Positions 43,300 to 54,044 of a stretch of DNA of 64,000 nucleotides are shown here, in pieces. Position 1 is the stretch's first letter. Every line of letters starts with the position of its first letter. The notes under the pieces were generated by a model. It had not been told where the DNA came from. It searched no databases and was given only the letters and a program-made list of their open reading frames with translations. Source of the DNA: Candidatus Anaerobiospirillum pullicola (GTDB taxonomy: Bacteria; Pseudomonadota; Gammaproteobacteria; Enterobacterales; Succinivibrionaceae); contig JAHLFE010000017.1 of assembly GCA_018884035.1 (NCBI GenBank), forward strand, positions 55 through 64,054, in the 5' to 3' direction. The position numbers and the translations under genes are program-made.

Positions 43300-43463
43300 G
43301 GTAAGGAATGACTGACTTAATAGATGACGGTCTTTAGGGTAATCATGGTGCACCTTCTTAAGAAAGGATTAGACTCACCTGCACCATTCATCTCGAGGTG
43401 AGTGACGTTGCCATCACTCATCCCATTCTCCGTCATTTACGCGATCCCTCACTTTTAAGTGTT
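43300..43463 (+). repeat. family A element, copy 3
   Basis: High similarity to copies at 4518 and 35518 (reverse complement); nested inverted repeats. Confidence 0.85.
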
Positions 43464-43468
43464 GCGCC

Positions 43469-44482
43469 TTACTCCGCCTTCGCTTGCAGGTGACGCAGCA
43501 CGTAATCCCAATCGTGGCTAAACACCGCTTGCTCCCCCTCTGGACAGCGCTGCTTAAGAGCTGTGGCCTTAAAGGTGGCCACCAGCGCTTGCTCGCCGTC
43601 GACCTTAGGCAGTTGCACGTGTGCTGCTTGTTCTTTGCTGTAGTGCGCGGCGCTGGCAAAGTAGTCATGCAAGGACGCACACTGCCCATAGCCCAAGTAA
43701 AACACGTCTTTGTTGTGCCCATAGCAACCGGCGAGGTAAAACATTTGCGCTAAGTCCTCAAGCAGCACCATCTCATAGAGAATAGGGCTGCGTGGAGGCT
43801 CATAGGCTTGCCCCGCTAAGATGCTTTTGAGCGTGCGTGCTATATAGTTGGGGGCCGCTAACTTACTATCGAGTGCTACGGAAAAGCGGGTGTGCACAAG
43901 GTCAATGCGCTTGAGGTATGCAGTAAGCTCTGCTTGCTCATAGGCAAAGAGCTTACAGGCGGGGTAGATATAGTCTGTGGCACCAGATTCAAAGTATGAC
44001 TCGTGCCATGCGCCCGTATTGAGGTAGTGCTGAAAGAGTACCTCATATTGGCTCCCCACGAGGACAAACTTGCTGCAGCCTAATTGGGCCGCTGCGGCGA
44101 TCGCGTTGCTGACGTAAGCGACATTCTTTAACTGCTCCTCTAAGGAGCCATCACGCAAGCGCTCATGGCCGCGCCATGTGAGGTAGTAAAACACCGGCCC
44201 TCTGGCGTTATCACTGCCAATGTTGCTCGCGTCGCTATCAGTCTGACACCACGCTTGAAGCTGCGGATTGCTCGCTAAAGCCGCATAATCTTGCGCATCT
44301 ACACTCTGGTAATGCCACAGGGCAAGTTGTGCTTCAGGTTCATTATTGCCTCTTGCGACCAGTGGTGGGGTAAAAGCTTCTCTGCGGCCTATGCCCCAAA
44401 CGTCTACGCCTCGTGCTAAGAGCTTAGTGCTCAAAGCAGAGCCAATGTAACCGCTGGCGCCGCAAATAATAGCCTTGTGCAT
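43469..44482 (-). CDS. NAD(P)-dependent NDP-sugar epimerase/4-reductase (extended SDR)
   Basis: GASGYIGS, LGCSKFVLVGS, YPACK (YxxxK); last gene of the rfbF-rfbG cluster. Confidence 0.78.
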   Translation of the reverse strand: MHKAIICGASGYIGSALSTKLLARGVDVWGIGRREAFTPPLVARGNNEPEAQLALWHYQSVDAQDYAALASNPQLQAWCQTDSDASNIGSDNARGPVFYYLTWRGHERLRDGSLEEQLKNVAYVSNAIAAAAQLGCSKFVLVGSQYEVLFQHYLNTGAWHESYFESGATDYIYPACKLFAYEQAELTAYLKRIDLVHTRFSVALDSKLAAPNYIARTLKSILAGQAYEPPRSPILYEMVLLEDLAQMFYLAGCYGHNKDVFYLGYGQCASLHDYFASAAHYSKEQAAHVQLPKVDGEQALVATFKATALKQRCPEGEQAVFSHDWDYVLRHLQAKAE

Positions 44483-44695
44483 GGAATGTGTACCGCTACG
44501 TAAGTGAGGACAGGGACAAAAGATACGCTGCACTGCACTGCGCTCAGAGCACACTGGCGGTAGTCCTTGCCTCAAGGTATGCCTGTTGGTTGGTAGCGTG
44601 GTGGGCTTGCATTAACCGCCTCAGAGGCGCCAGCTGACGCCTCCGAGGCGGTGGCTACCACACCACTCTTGTGTGCTTGACGTTACTGCCAGTGC

Positions 44696-45256
44696 TTAGA
44701 CCTCAACGCCTGTAAAATCAGGTGTGATAAACGGCCGCTGCCGATCCTTGGGGCTTATCTCTGTTACTTCTAATGGCCACTTAATGTTGAGCGCCGGATC
44801 AAGTGGATTTAAGCCACTATCAGCCTCTGGATGGAAAGGAGTGCTTACAAGGTAGAGGATTTCGGCGTTGTCGCTTAAGGCCTGCACCGCATGGCCCATG
44901 CCCTTGGGGATGTAGAGATAGGTAGGCTCGTCCGCACTTAACTCCAGCCCAAAGTGCTGTAAAAAGGTAGGGGAGCCACGTCTAATGTCTACCGCGACAT
45001 CGTGGACTTTGCCGCGAATGCAGCGCACGATCTTGGTCTCTAAAAATGGTGGCTTTTGGTAGTGCACACCGCGTAAGGTGCCTTTCTCGCGATTAAACGA
45101 GTGGTTGATTTGGCATAGCGGCTCAGTAAAGCCTATCTCTTTGAACTCTTCAGCGCAGAAGAAGCGCTCAAAGTAGCCACGGTCATCGCCAATAGGCTTA
45201 GCTTTCAGTATGAGCAAGCCCGCAATGGGAGTAGTGATCACGTCAAAACGTTGCAT
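44696..45256 (-). CDS. NDP-4-keto-6-deoxyglucose 3(,5)-epimerase (RmlC/RfbC cupin family)
   Basis: DDRGYF, QINHS, GTLRGVHYQ, VDIRRGSPTF, IPKGMGH. Confidence 0.9.
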   Translation of the reverse strand: MQRFDVITTPIAGLLILKAKPIGDDRGYFERFFCAEEFKEIGFTEPLCQINHSFNREKGTLRGVHYQKPPFLETKIVRCIRGKVHDVAVDIRRGSPTFLQHFGLELSADEPTYLYIPKGMGHAVQALSDNAEILYLVSTPFHPEADSGLNPLDPALNIKWPLEVTEISPKDRQRPFITPDFTGVEV

Positions 45257-45308
45257 TTTGTCTTACTCTGGCAGAAAGTACCTCAGAGGGTACTATCTTT
45301 GGGTACTA

Positions 45309-45448
45309 CTGATGAAGTTCAAAAGTATTTACCGAGCCACACCGATCAGCTATCTACTTTGAAGATCACTATTGGATGGCTTGTATTAGCGGTTTATCTT
45401 GATGGCCTCAAACGCCGCTTGGTGGTAAATACTTTTAAACTCCATCAC
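45309..45448. mobile_element. MITE family E, copy 2 (opposite orientation, TA flanks)
   Basis: TA|CTGATGAAGTTCAAAAGTATTTACC...GGTAAATACTTTTAAACTCCATCAC|TA. Confidence 0.85.
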
Positions 45449-45524
45449 TACCTCTGGGTAGTACCAGTAATACCGGTACTACCAGTTTTACAGGGTGATT
45501 TGCGCTTAAGTTGCTTGTTGCCGC

Positions 45525-46700
45525 TTAAGCCTCACGGAGCGCCACAAATTCACCAATCTGCAGCCGTGTCAGTGTGCGTAACACATCACTAGGAGCCCCT
45601 TGCTGCCACAACTGATACCATTGCACTGTCCACTCAATCGCTTCACTGGCCGTCAGTACCGGCTTAAAGCCTAAAAGCTGCTTGGCCTTGCTGCTGTCAA
45701 GTAAGAGCAAACCCGCCTCATGTAAGTGGTCATGAGCCTCGACTTGCACCTGCCCTGAGCCCCAGATCTTTACTACTTGTTGCGCCACCTGCTCTACTGA
45801 GAGTACTTGTGATTGCTCAGGACCAAAGTTAAAAGCACCACAGTAGGCACTTTCGCGTTGGTATAAGCGCTGCGCTAAGGTGATATAGCCAAAAAGTGGC
45901 TCCAAGACGTGCTGCCATGGACGTATGGCTTGGGGATAGCGCAGCACAATGGTGCCATTATCAGGATCAGACAAAGCACGAATACAGTCTGGCAGCAAGC
46001 GATCATCGGCAAAGTCACCACCGCCAATGACATTGCCCGCTCGTGCCGTAGCTAAGCACATGGCATGAGGCTCTTGCAGTAACGAGCGACGATAAGAGGC
46101 CGAGAGAATCTCACTACAGGCTTTAGAAGAGGAGTAGAGATCGTAACCACCAAGGGGATCACTCTCCACAAAGGCATGCCCATCCTCAGGATTCTCGTAA
46201 CACTTGTCGGTAGTGACATTTACTACCGCCTTTACACTGGGGCAGTGGTGGCAAGCTTCGAGGACGTTGAGGGTGCCCAGCACATTGGTGCGGTAGGTGG
46301 TAAGCGGGTCACGATAGCTCTCACGTACCAGCGGCTGTGCGGCTAAGTGCAAGACAATCTCAGGCTCACAGCGGCGGACAAAGTCAGCAAGAGCAGCACT
46401 GTCGCTAATGTCTGCAATGCATTCATCGGTGAGCAGTTCTGGGATGTTGAGTAGGTTGTAGATGCGGGGCTTGGCGTGCGGCAGCAGAGAAAAGCCGTAG
46501 AGCTTGGCGCCAAAGCGCTGCAAGATCATGCACAGCCACGAGCCTTTAAAGCCAGCGTGACCTGTGATGAGCACGCGTTTGCCTTGCCAAAAATTTTCTA
46601 CAGGGGGCATCGTGTCCGTAGTGGCTACAGATGCTGGGGCGGGCGCTGTCAAAGTGGCAGTCATAGCAAGCGAGGGAACGATTATTGGCCTCAAGTTCAC
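45525..46700 (-). CDS. rfbG: CDP-glucose 4,6-dehydratase (start may be 46664 or 46610)
   Basis: FWQGKRVLITGHAGFKGSWL, HLAAQPLVRESY, TTDKCY, YSSSK, RAGNVIGGGD, RPWQHVLEPL. Confidence 0.95.
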   Translation of the reverse strand: MNLRPIIVPSLAMTATLTAPAPASVATTDTMPPVENFWQGKRVLITGHAGFKGSWLCMILQRFGAKLYGFSLLPHAKPRIYNLLNIPELLTDECIADISDSAALADFVRRCEPEIVLHLAAQPLVRESYRDPLTTYRTNVLGTLNVLEACHHCPSVKAVVNVTTDKCYENPEDGHAFVESDPLGGYDLYSSSKACSEILSASYRRSLLQEPHAMCLATARAGNVIGGGDFADDRLLPDCIRALSDPDNGTIVLRYPQAIRPWQHVLEPLFGYITLAQRLYQRESAYCGAFNFGPEQSQVLSVEQVAQQVVKIWGSGQVQVEAHDHLHEAGLLLLDSSKAKQLLGFKPVLTASEAIEWTVQWYQLWQQGAPSDVLRTLTRLQIGEFVALREA

Positions 46701-46834
46701 TTGAGATTAGCTTGCAGCCATACCATCCTGCGCATCATGGCGCAGCAGGCATTGCGAGCATACATTAGGTAGCTGTAGTGCAGGGATGCAGAGAGGAGTG
46801 CTACTGTAGCGCTGCTAACGTGGGCAAGCAGGGG

Positions 46835-46906
46835 CATACACCGTGTGACACATGGTGTCATACACCGTGTAACATGTGGTGTCATACACCGTGTAACACG
46901 TGGTGT
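46835..46906. repeat. 24-bp imperfectly palindromic tandem repeat x3
   Basis: CATACACCGTGTGACACATGGTGT / CATACACCGTGTAACATGTGGTGT / CATACACCGTGTAACACGTGGTGT, with no spacers. Confidence 0.9.
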
Positions 46907-46968
46907 TACTCCTTGTGAATTGAGGCAGATGGATACAGGGACAAAGAGAAACGAGGAGCTGCAGCTGC

Positions 46969-47751
46969 TTAGTCCCACGTTTTCCATGGAGCTTGGCCAC
47001 TTTGCCATAAGCCCTCTAAGAAGGTCTTATCGCGCATCGTGTCCATTGGTTGCCAGAAGCCATGATGGCGGTAAGCGTTGAGCTCATTGGCATTTACTAA
47101 GGCCGTGAAAGGCTCACGCTCTAACATGACATTACCCTCAGGGATAAAGTCGAAGAAACGAGGCTCACAGGCGATAAAACCACCATTGACCCAATTGCCA
47201 TCACCGGCAGGCTTCTCGTAGAAGCTGGTGATGTTGTCAGCGCTGTCAAATTGCAGCGCGCCAAAGCGTCCCGTCGGTTGCACCGCCGTAATGGTTACGG
47301 CTTTACCACTGTGTTGATGGAAAGCAAGCAATGCTTTGAGGTTGACCGTGCTTAAGCCATCGCCGTAGGTGACGATGAAAGGTTCATTGCTGCCATCTAA
47401 GATGTGCTCTTTGGCTTTGAGGAGGCGAGTACCGGTTAGGGTCTCAAGACCGGTATCTAAGATGGTGACTTTCCACGGTTCGCGACATTGGGTGTGCACT
47501 GAAACCGTGTTGTCTTTGAGGTCGACGGTGATGTCGGAGTTGTTGAGGTAGTAGTCGACGAAGTAGCGCTTGATTTGCTCGGCTTTGTAGCCGCAGAGGA
47601 GGATAAAGTCGTCACAGCCTTGCGCTGCGGCACACTTCATAATGTGCCAGAGGATAGGGTGGTTACCAATTTCCACCATTGGTTTTGGACGGAGGACGGT
47701 TTCTTCACTGAGGCGTGTACCCAATCCGCCCGCTAAGATCACAAATTTCAT
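46969..47751 (-). CDS. rfbF: glucose-1-phosphate cytidylyltransferase
   Basis: ILAGGLGTRLSEET.LRPKPMVEIG, DTG..T.TG.RL, TYGDG, FWQPMDT.RD, APWK.W. Confidence 0.96.
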   Translation of the reverse strand: MKFVILAGGLGTRLSEETVLRPKPMVEIGNHPILWHIMKCAAAQGCDDFILLCGYKAEQIKRYFVDYYLNNSDITVDLKDNTVSVHTQCREPWKVTILDTGLETLTGTRLLKAKEHILDGSNEPFIVTYGDGLSTVNLKALLAFHQHSGKAVTITAVQPTGRFGALQFDSADNITSFYEKPAGDGNWVNGGFIACEPRFFDFIPEGNVMLEREPFTALVNANELNAYRHHGFWQPMDTMRDKTFLEGLWQSGQAPWKTWD

Positions 47752-48099
47752 GAAAATAAGTTGTTGTTGTGTTTAGAGCAGAGCTAGCACGCGCCGCTCT
47801 TATGCAGCGCAGTAGCCTTGACAGCGAGAAAGACGCAACAGCAAGCTTAGCGGGGCTAGCTATTTTGTTGCGTGCGCTATCGGAGTAGTGAGAGTGCAAA
47901 GAGTGCCTTGGCTATAGCCTCAGAGAAAAATGAGGTCACAACTGCCGTCGTGAGCAGTCGTGGCTGCATAGGCCTCACTGTATGTTAAGCATAGCACAAG
48001 CCGGAAATAGACCAAGGTGAGCGTTGCGCTTGCTGCCGTCACCGCTGCTGACGCTGTATCCGCCACTGCTGCAGCAGTGCTACTGCTGTACTCCTCAAA

Positions 48100-48129
48100 C
48101 AACAAAGCCCGCAAATGCGGGCTTTGTTG
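48100..48129 (-). terminator. intrinsic terminator after the rhodanese gene
   Basis: Perfect hairpin CAACAAAGCCCGC-AAAT-GCGGGCTTTGTTG. Confidence 0.75.
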
Positions 48130-48146
48130 GGAGGTGAATGCTGGTC

Positions 48147-48641
48147 TTATTGAGCCTTGTAAGGCTTTACTGCCTTGACGGCATCAGCAAATGGAGTGGT
48201 TGGCACTTCGGTAGTGAGACCGTATTCCCATGAGGACACGCCACCCATGTTCATGAGGTGCTTGATATCCATGTCCATTAAGGCCGAGACCGCTGAGGCG
48301 GCACGAATGCCGGTGCGGCAGTAGACTAACACAGGGGTGTTAGTGTCCTTTACCACCTGAAAGTCAGCAGCATGCTTAGCAATGGTCTCTACAGGGAAGT
48401 TGTAAGCACCAGCGATGTGACCCTCAGCGTACTCCTCAGGTGAGCGCACATCAATGACAATGGCCGCATTCTCTTCCATCAGGGCATGGGCAACATTTTG
48501 GCTGACCGTGGTTGGCAGGTCGTAGTATTGAAAGTCTTCTAACAGCTGATCACTGGCCACAGCCGTAAAGGCAGGAAACATTAACAGAACTCCGCATCCA
48601 AATGCGATGGCAGCCTTACGGGCTGAAGTAAGCATTGCCAT
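48147..48641 (-). CDS. exported single-domain rhodanese (PspE-like)
   Basis: Signal-peptide-like N-terminus, IDVRSPEEYAEGHI.GA, VYCRTG.RA; AAGGAG RBS before ATG 48641. Confidence 0.85.
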   Translation of the reverse strand: MAMLTSARKAAIAFGCGVLLMFPAFTAVASDQLLEDFQYYDLPTTVSQNVAHALMEENAAIVIDVRSPEEYAEGHIAGAYNFPVETIAKHAADFQVVKDTNTPVLVYCRTGIRAASAVSALMDMDIKHLMNMGGVSSWEYGLTTEVPTTPFADAVKAVKPYKAQ

Positions 48642-48945
48642 AGTTGATTCTCCTTTTCTCCTCAGTGTGCCAGCGTGCACGTTGCTGCATGTAGAGTCAT
48701 GCCTGAAGGTCAGAGCATGTGAGGTAGCAGTAACCAGACTGCAAGTTAAGCGAGCAGGCGGACGTGAGCGCGCATCATTGTGCATGCTAACAAAAAGCGA
48801 CCATGGCGCTTTATTCTTACAAAAGATTTTCAGTAGCTGCGATGGTTCTCTGGGCGTATGCAGCTTGTCTTGCCACGCTGTTCTGGCTGTTGTGACACAG
48901 CCACGGGCTGTTGTTAAGCGCAGCTGACCGTTTTTGGGGTCTCCT

Positions 48946-49065
48946 CAGAGTTTGGTGGAGATAGCCCCAATACTACTCTTAGGTGGCTAACAGCAAACGC
49001 CATAACCACGGCTCATGAACCTACATAAAGGTATGAGGCTACGTTGTGATATCCACCACACTCTG
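48946..49065. mobile_element. MITE-like family B, copy 2
   Basis: CAGAGTTTGGTGGA...TCCACCACACTCTG; internal TTAGGTGGCTAACA and TGAGGCTACGTTG are shared with copy 1. Confidence 0.78.
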
Positions 49066-49091
49066 AGCAGAGCCCGTTTTTGAGCAGAACC

Positions 49092-50528
49092 TTAGCGCAT
49101 GGTATTACTGGTAGCAGCGCTGGTTAAGTGCCGCAGCGACATAAACTTAGGCAGAGACATTACGCGCAGCTCGATGCCCTCTAAGCTCTTTTGGCCGGTA
49201 AGTGGTGGCAAGAACAGATAGAGGAAGTAGAGACTGATACCCATAAGCAGCGTCGCCATCGCTAAAAAGGAGCTAAAGCCTAGCTGATGAATCATTGGCG
49301 TATACGCCTGCATACTAAACAGCTGGCCGATCCCCTGTGCCAGCACGATCGCCGCAAAGCCAAACTCACGACCACGGATCGGTAAGAGCTCAGGGATGAG
49401 TACGCACATAAAGATCGAGTAAAAGCCCATACCAAAGAAGATAAAGGCTAGCAGGGCAATGGTAAGAATATAGTTCTTAAGGTCGCTGTGTGGTAGCAGA
49501 CTGGTAATGGTCGTAATCGCTAAAAAGGTACACGCCGTAGAGAGGCTAAAGAGCACGATAAAACGGCGCGAAAAGCGCGTCAGAGCCAGCGCATGGAGCA
49601 ACACCGAGATAAAGATCAGGGTAAATGTGGTGTAAATCAAGGCGCTGTTGAGGTCGTAATAGCAGTAGTTGTTCTCCTCGCACAGAAGTACCAAGGAGAG
49701 GTTATCTAAAAGCACGTAAGGGATGATAAAGCTGCCCGCCATATTGAGGATAAAGGTGCTGACGCAAATAAAAGCCAGCAAGCGGCGGTAGATAGTGTTT
49801 TGGATGTAGAACTCTAAGCTCCGGTTTTCACCACGGCAGCACTCATTGATTTCTGCCAACTCACGGGCGGCCATGCCCATGTCATGACGTAGCTTAAAGA
49901 GCACAGCTAAAGCCGCATCCGTTGAGCCGGTTAATGCTAAGTAGCGTGGTGATTCTGGTAGCTTGATGACGGTAGTAGCCAGCAAGATGAGATTGAGGAT
50001 CACCAGCACAATAAAGACCACTAAGGGCTTGCTGACAGGATCGGTATAGGTGATAAGAGAGAGCAGCGTTCCGCAGGCAGTACCAATAGGGATAAAGGAG
50101 AGAGCGGTACCACGTAAGCTGGGCAGCATTAGCTCGCAGTTGTAGAGGCAGGCGGCAATAAAAAAGAGGCCAAAAGAAAAGCCAATGACGAACTCGGAGC
50201 AGAGGAAGATAGCAAAGTTTGGGGCTACGGCCGAGGCCAGAATGGCAAAGGAGCCGACTAATGAGCTTGAGACAATGGTGATTTTTCGTCCTGAGCCGTA
50301 GGTGACATAGCCAGAGATAAAGGTACCGAAGATAAAGCCTAAGATGTAGGTACCAATGATTACATGCGAGCGGTTCAGGGAGAGTAAAAAGAGATTGGAG
50401 AGGTACTGCTGATTGATAAAGAGGGTACCGAGGTCACAGCCAAAGATGACGCTCATGGCTGCGACGAGCGCCGCATACTGCAAGGGCCATATAGCCGTAT
50501 TCAGAGAAAGGGTGCGTGCGCTGAGCAT
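49092..50528 (-). CDS. divergent MFS sugar-porter family transporter
   Basis: FGCD, GRK, YNCE..P.LRG, PESPRYL, PELLP..GR motifs of sugar porters. Confidence 0.78.
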   Translation of the reverse strand: MLSARTLSLNTAIWPLQYAALVAAMSVIFGCDLGTLFINQQYLSNLFLLSLNRSHVIIGTYILGFIFGTFISGYVTYGSGRKITIVSSSLVGSFAILASAVAPNFAIFLCSEFVIGFSFGLFFIAACLYNCELMLPSLRGTALSFIPIGTACGTLLSLITYTDPVSKPLVVFIVLVILNLILLATTVIKLPESPRYLALTGSTDAALAVLFKLRHDMGMAARELAEINECCRGENRSLEFYIQNTIYRRLLAFICVSTFILNMAGSFIIPYVLLDNLSLVLLCEENNYCYYDLNSALIYTTFTLIFISVLLHALALTRFSRRFIVLFSLSTACTFLAITTITSLLPHSDLKNYILTIALLAFIFFGMGFYSIFMCVLIPELLPIRGREFGFAAIVLAQGIGQLFSMQAYTPMIHQLGFSSFLAMATLLMGISLYFLYLFLPPLTGQKSLEGIELRVMSLPKFMSLRHLTSAATSNTMR

Positions 50529-50970
50529 GAATTACTTGCTATCCCCAAGATGAGGCGAGGTTAAGCCAAAGTGTGGCGCAACAAACCACAGCACGGCGGC
50601 AGTGCAGCAGCGCCGCTGTCAGCAGCGCGTCGCGTTGGTGCCGCTATTGGCTCCGGTGACGCTATTAGCGTCTGTGGTCGCAGCAGAAGTTTAGTCGGAA
50701 GCGTAGCGCTTAGGTTATTGCAGAGCAATTAAGAGTGGCTCTGGTGAGCTTACTCTTAGTGGAGCCATGGTCTGTATGGATTGCTTTTACAGCCGAGCTC
50801 TAACGCTGCATATTAAAACAACTACACTGAAAACACAAAAGCACAGAGGCTTTTGCTATTATGGCCTAAGTTTATAGCCACGTGACAGTAGGGGTAAAAG
50901 CGCTGTGTTTGCCGCCGTTACTGCTGCGTTGCTACCGCTCTAATCACAGGTTGTCTTCGGGAGTTGATGC

Positions 50971-52404
50971 ATGGACGTGCGGAGTTTGCCTCGTTTTGGT
51001 GGTAGGGTTACGGTCGTGGGTGATGTGATGCTGGATCGCTACTGGTACGGCACTTCGACCCGCATCTCCCCAGAGGCTCCAGTACCTGTGGTCAATGTCG
51101 ATCGCTTTGAGGAGCGTGCTGGTGGTGCCGCTAATGTGGCCTTAAACCTCTCCTCCTTAGGCATCGCCTGTGACATTGTCGGTTTAGTGGGTAAGGATGA
51201 GGCCGGTGAGCTCTTAGCCAATCTTTTACGGGAGAAAAAGATTGAGCCGCGTTTTATTGAGACGCCGTTGCAACCTACCATTACTAAGCTCAGAGTCTTA
51301 AGCCGTCACCAACAGTTACTTCGTATCGACTTTGAAAAGGGCTATACCGATATCGACCAAGGCCACCTCATGCTGACGCTACGGCAGGCCTTACGCGATA
51401 GCCAAGTACTGGTGTGCTCTGATTATGGCAAAGGTGCCCTGTCATCGGTGCAATCCATGATTAAAGAAGCGCGTCTGCATCGCATTCCTGTCTTGGTTGA
51501 TCCCAAGGGCACAGACTTTCAGCGCTACATGGGCGCAACCTTACTGACGCCAAATATGTCCGAGTTTGAGGCGGTAGTAGGTAAGGTCAAAGACAATGAC
51601 GATTTAGAGCAAAAGGCACTGCGTCTGATTCGCGATTGTGAATTAGAGGCGCTCTTAGTCACGCGCTCTGAGGATGGCATGTCGCTGGTGGTGCCAGGCA
51701 AGCCAACGCTGCATATTCCTACTTATGCTCGTGAAGTTTACGACGTGACCGGTGCTGGTGATACCGTGATTGCGACCTTAGCGGCGTGCCTTGCCAGTGG
51801 CTCCCCTCTGCCTGAGGCTTGCGCTATTGCTAACCGCGCTGCTGGTATTGTCGTGGGTAAGTTAGGTACCTCGACGGTAAGTCCAGAGGAGCTGGAAGAA
51901 GAGATCTTTGCGCGTCATGGCATGCTCAAGCACAGTGGTGTTTTAACTGAAGACGAGCTCATGGCGGAGGTGCAGCGCTTAAAGCAAAAGGGCAAGCGCA
52001 TTGTTATGACCAATGGCTGCTTTGATATCCTGCATAAGGGCCATGTGGAGTACTTACAGCAGGCACGTGCTTTGGGTGATGTGCTGATTGTGGCGGTGAA
52101 CTCTGATAAGTCGGTGCAAAAGCTCAAGGGCCCAACGCGTCCGATTGTGCCTTTAGAGAATCGTATGACGGTGCTGGCAGCTTTAAGCTGTGTGGATATG
52201 GTGGTGCCGTTTAATGAGGAGACGCCACAGCGCTTGATCGCCAAGGTCTTACCTGACATTTTGGTAAAGGGCGGTGATTACAAGGTAGAGCAGATTGCCG
52301 GTCACCAAGAGGTTCTGTCTAATGGTGGCAAGGTCAAGATCCTCAACTTTGTGGACAATTGCTCGACCACAGGTATTGTCGAGAAGATCAAGCAAACCTC
52401 TTAG
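50971..52404 (+). CDS. hldE: bifunctional D-glycero-beta-D-manno-heptose-7-phosphate kinase / heptose-1-phosphate adenylyltransferase
   Basis: [43 protein letters not shown]. Confidence 0.97.
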   Translation: MDVRSLPRFGGRVTVVGDVMLDRYWYGTSTRISPEAPVPVVNVDRFEERAGGAANVALNLSSLGIACDIVGLVGKDEAGELLANLLREKKIEPRFIETPLQPTITKLRVLSRHQQLLRIDFEKGYTDIDQGHLMLTLRQALRDSQVLVCSDYGKGALSSVQSMIKEARLHRIPVLVDPKGTDFQRYMGATLLTPNMSEFEAVVGKVKDNDDLEQKALRLIRDCELEALLVTRSEDGMSLVVPGKPTLHIPTYAREVYDVTGAGDTVIATLAACLASGSPLPEACAIANRAAGIVVGKLGTSTVSPEELEEEIFARHGMLKHSGVLTEDELMAEVQRLKQKGKRIVMTNGCFDILHKGHVEYLQQARALGDVLIVAVNSDKSVQKLKGPTRPIVPLENRMTVLAALSCVDMVVPFNEETPQRLIAKVLPDILVKGGDYKVEQIAGHQEVLSNGGKVKILNFVDNCSTTGIVEKIKQTS

Positions 52405-52490
52405 TAGTGTTGAGATCATGGGCTGCACCTGCGGCCCGTTGACAACAAAGGCGCCGCATGGCGCCTTGTAAATTTCACGTCCACAAAAGC

Positions 52491-52542
52491 AAAATGCCGT
52501 GTCCCTTGCCTGCAAATACAGGAAAGAAGCACGGCATTTTTG
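52491..52542. terminator. bidirectional terminator between convergent hldE and tolC
   Basis: AAAATGCCGTG...CACGGCATTTTT inverted repeat. Confidence 0.65.
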
Positions 52543-52583
52543 TTTCGGGGCAGGCTTAGTGGAGCTTGCTCTTGCCTCGTAGT

Positions 52584-54044
52584 TTAGTTGTTGCTATTAG
52601 CGCCGTTGCTGCCATCAGCACCATTGCTACCATCAGCGTTGTTGCTGCTGTTAGCAGCAGGGGTAAATGCACCTTGGCCATTAGCATGCGAAATCGTAGG
52701 GGCTGAAGTAGCCGTGCGCTTTAAGCCACGGTTAACCGCCTCGATTTCATCCAAACTCAGTGTGCCTTGGGTGTACAACAGTTGCAGCCGCGACATGATG
52801 TAATTAAAGCGTGCTGCCGACAGGCTTTGCTTTGCCGAGTACAGTTGCTGCGTTGCATCTAACACGTCCGATATGGTACGCGTACCCACCTCGTAGCCAG
52901 CTTGCGTCGCCTCTAAGGCACTTTGTGCCGAGCGCTCTGTTTGCTGGTAAGCAATCACCGACGAAATAGCAGCTTGGACGTTGTTGTAGTTGTTATTAGC
53001 GTCCGAGATCATGGTGCGGTGCACCAGCTCTAAGGCCTCAGATGCCGCTACATAATTGTGTTGAGCTTGCTCAACTTGCGAACTGACCGCGCCGCCAGAG
53101 AACAATGGGAAGTTTAAGGCTACACCCACCGAGGCGTTGTTGCTGGAGCCATCTTGTAAAGATGGTGAATCAACCGAGTAATTGTTGTTGGCCATTTGCA
53201 CCGAACCGACCAGATCTAAGGTTGGCTCGTGACCGGTCTGCGCTAAGGTAATCTGATCCTTAGCGATATCACGGCTAATGATGTTGGCCTGTAAGTTTAA
53301 GTTGTTTTGTTCTGCCTCAGCGACCACTTGCGAAATGGAGCGCACCACAGGCATTGGGCTAAAGCGGGCCTCATCTAAGGCGTTAAGTTCAGTGACCTGA
53401 CGGCCAATGAGCTTACGAATCTCCTCATAGGAGTTAATGAGGTTGTTCTCAGCTGTGATTACCTGAGCAGTGGCTAAATCGTAAGCAGCTTGAGCTTCTA
53501 ACTGGTCAGTTTCTGCGATTAAGCCCACATGGAAGCGACGGGTAGCCTCATCCAGCTGACGCTTTAAGGCTGCCTGATTGGCCTTAGCAAAGGTCACGGT
53601 ATCCAAGGCATTTAAGACGTTGAAATAAGCCGTGGAGACACGAATAATGAGCTGTTGTAAGGCGTCGGCGTATACCAGCTCTTGCTGGGCGGCGGTCTTA
53701 GTGGCGATATCGCGGTTTACCCACGAGCTGTGCCGCCAAATGGCCTGCGATAAGTCGATGCCACCAGCAGCGGCTCTGTTATTGTAAGAGGAGGTATCGC
53801 CTGCGGGATTGATACGGGTGTAATTGAGGCTACCGGTTAAGTTTAACTGTGGCAGTAAGGCAGCAGTGGCTTCATCGATAGCAGCTACGGCTCGATCGCG
53901 ATTGGCCTTGGCCTGCAGCACCACAGGGTCACGCAAATAGGCCTCGTTATAAATGTCTAACAGGTCTTCAGCCTGCACTGAGTGCACGCTGGCGCTAAGC
54001 ATACCCGTTAGGGCGAGCGCTAACATTCCAACTTTGAATCGCAT
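52584..54044 (-). CDS. tolC: outer membrane channel TolC
   Basis: Signal peptide, AEDLLDIY, ALLPQL, GH.PTLDL, GYEVGTRTI.DVLDA. Confidence 0.93.
   Translation of the reverse strand: MRFKVGMLALALTGMLSASVHSVQAEDLLDIYNEAYLRDPVVLQAKANRDRAVAAIDEATAALLPQLNLTGSLNYTRINPAGDTSSYNNRAAAGGIDLSQAIWRHSSWVNRDIATKTAAQQELVYADALQQLIIRVSTAYFNVLNALDTVTFAKANQAALKRQLDEATRRFHVGLIAETDQLEAQAAYDLATAQVITAENNLINSYEEIRKLIGRQVTELNALDEARFSPMPVVRSISQVVAEAEQNNLNLQANIISRDIAKDQITLAQTGHEPTLDLVGSVQMANNNYSVDSPSLQDGSSNNASVGVALNFPLFSGGAVSSQVEQAQHNYVAASEALELVHRTMISDANNNYNNVQAAISSVIAYQQTERSAQSALEATQAGYEVGTRTISDVLDATQQLYSAKQSLSAARFNYIMSRLQLLYTQGTLSLDEIEAVNRGLKRTATSAPTISHANGQGAFTPAANSSNNADGSNGADGSNGANSNN

Noticed and set aside
46835..46906. 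CRISPR array
   Set aside because: The units are directly adjacent with no unique spacers, and no cas genes are in the window.
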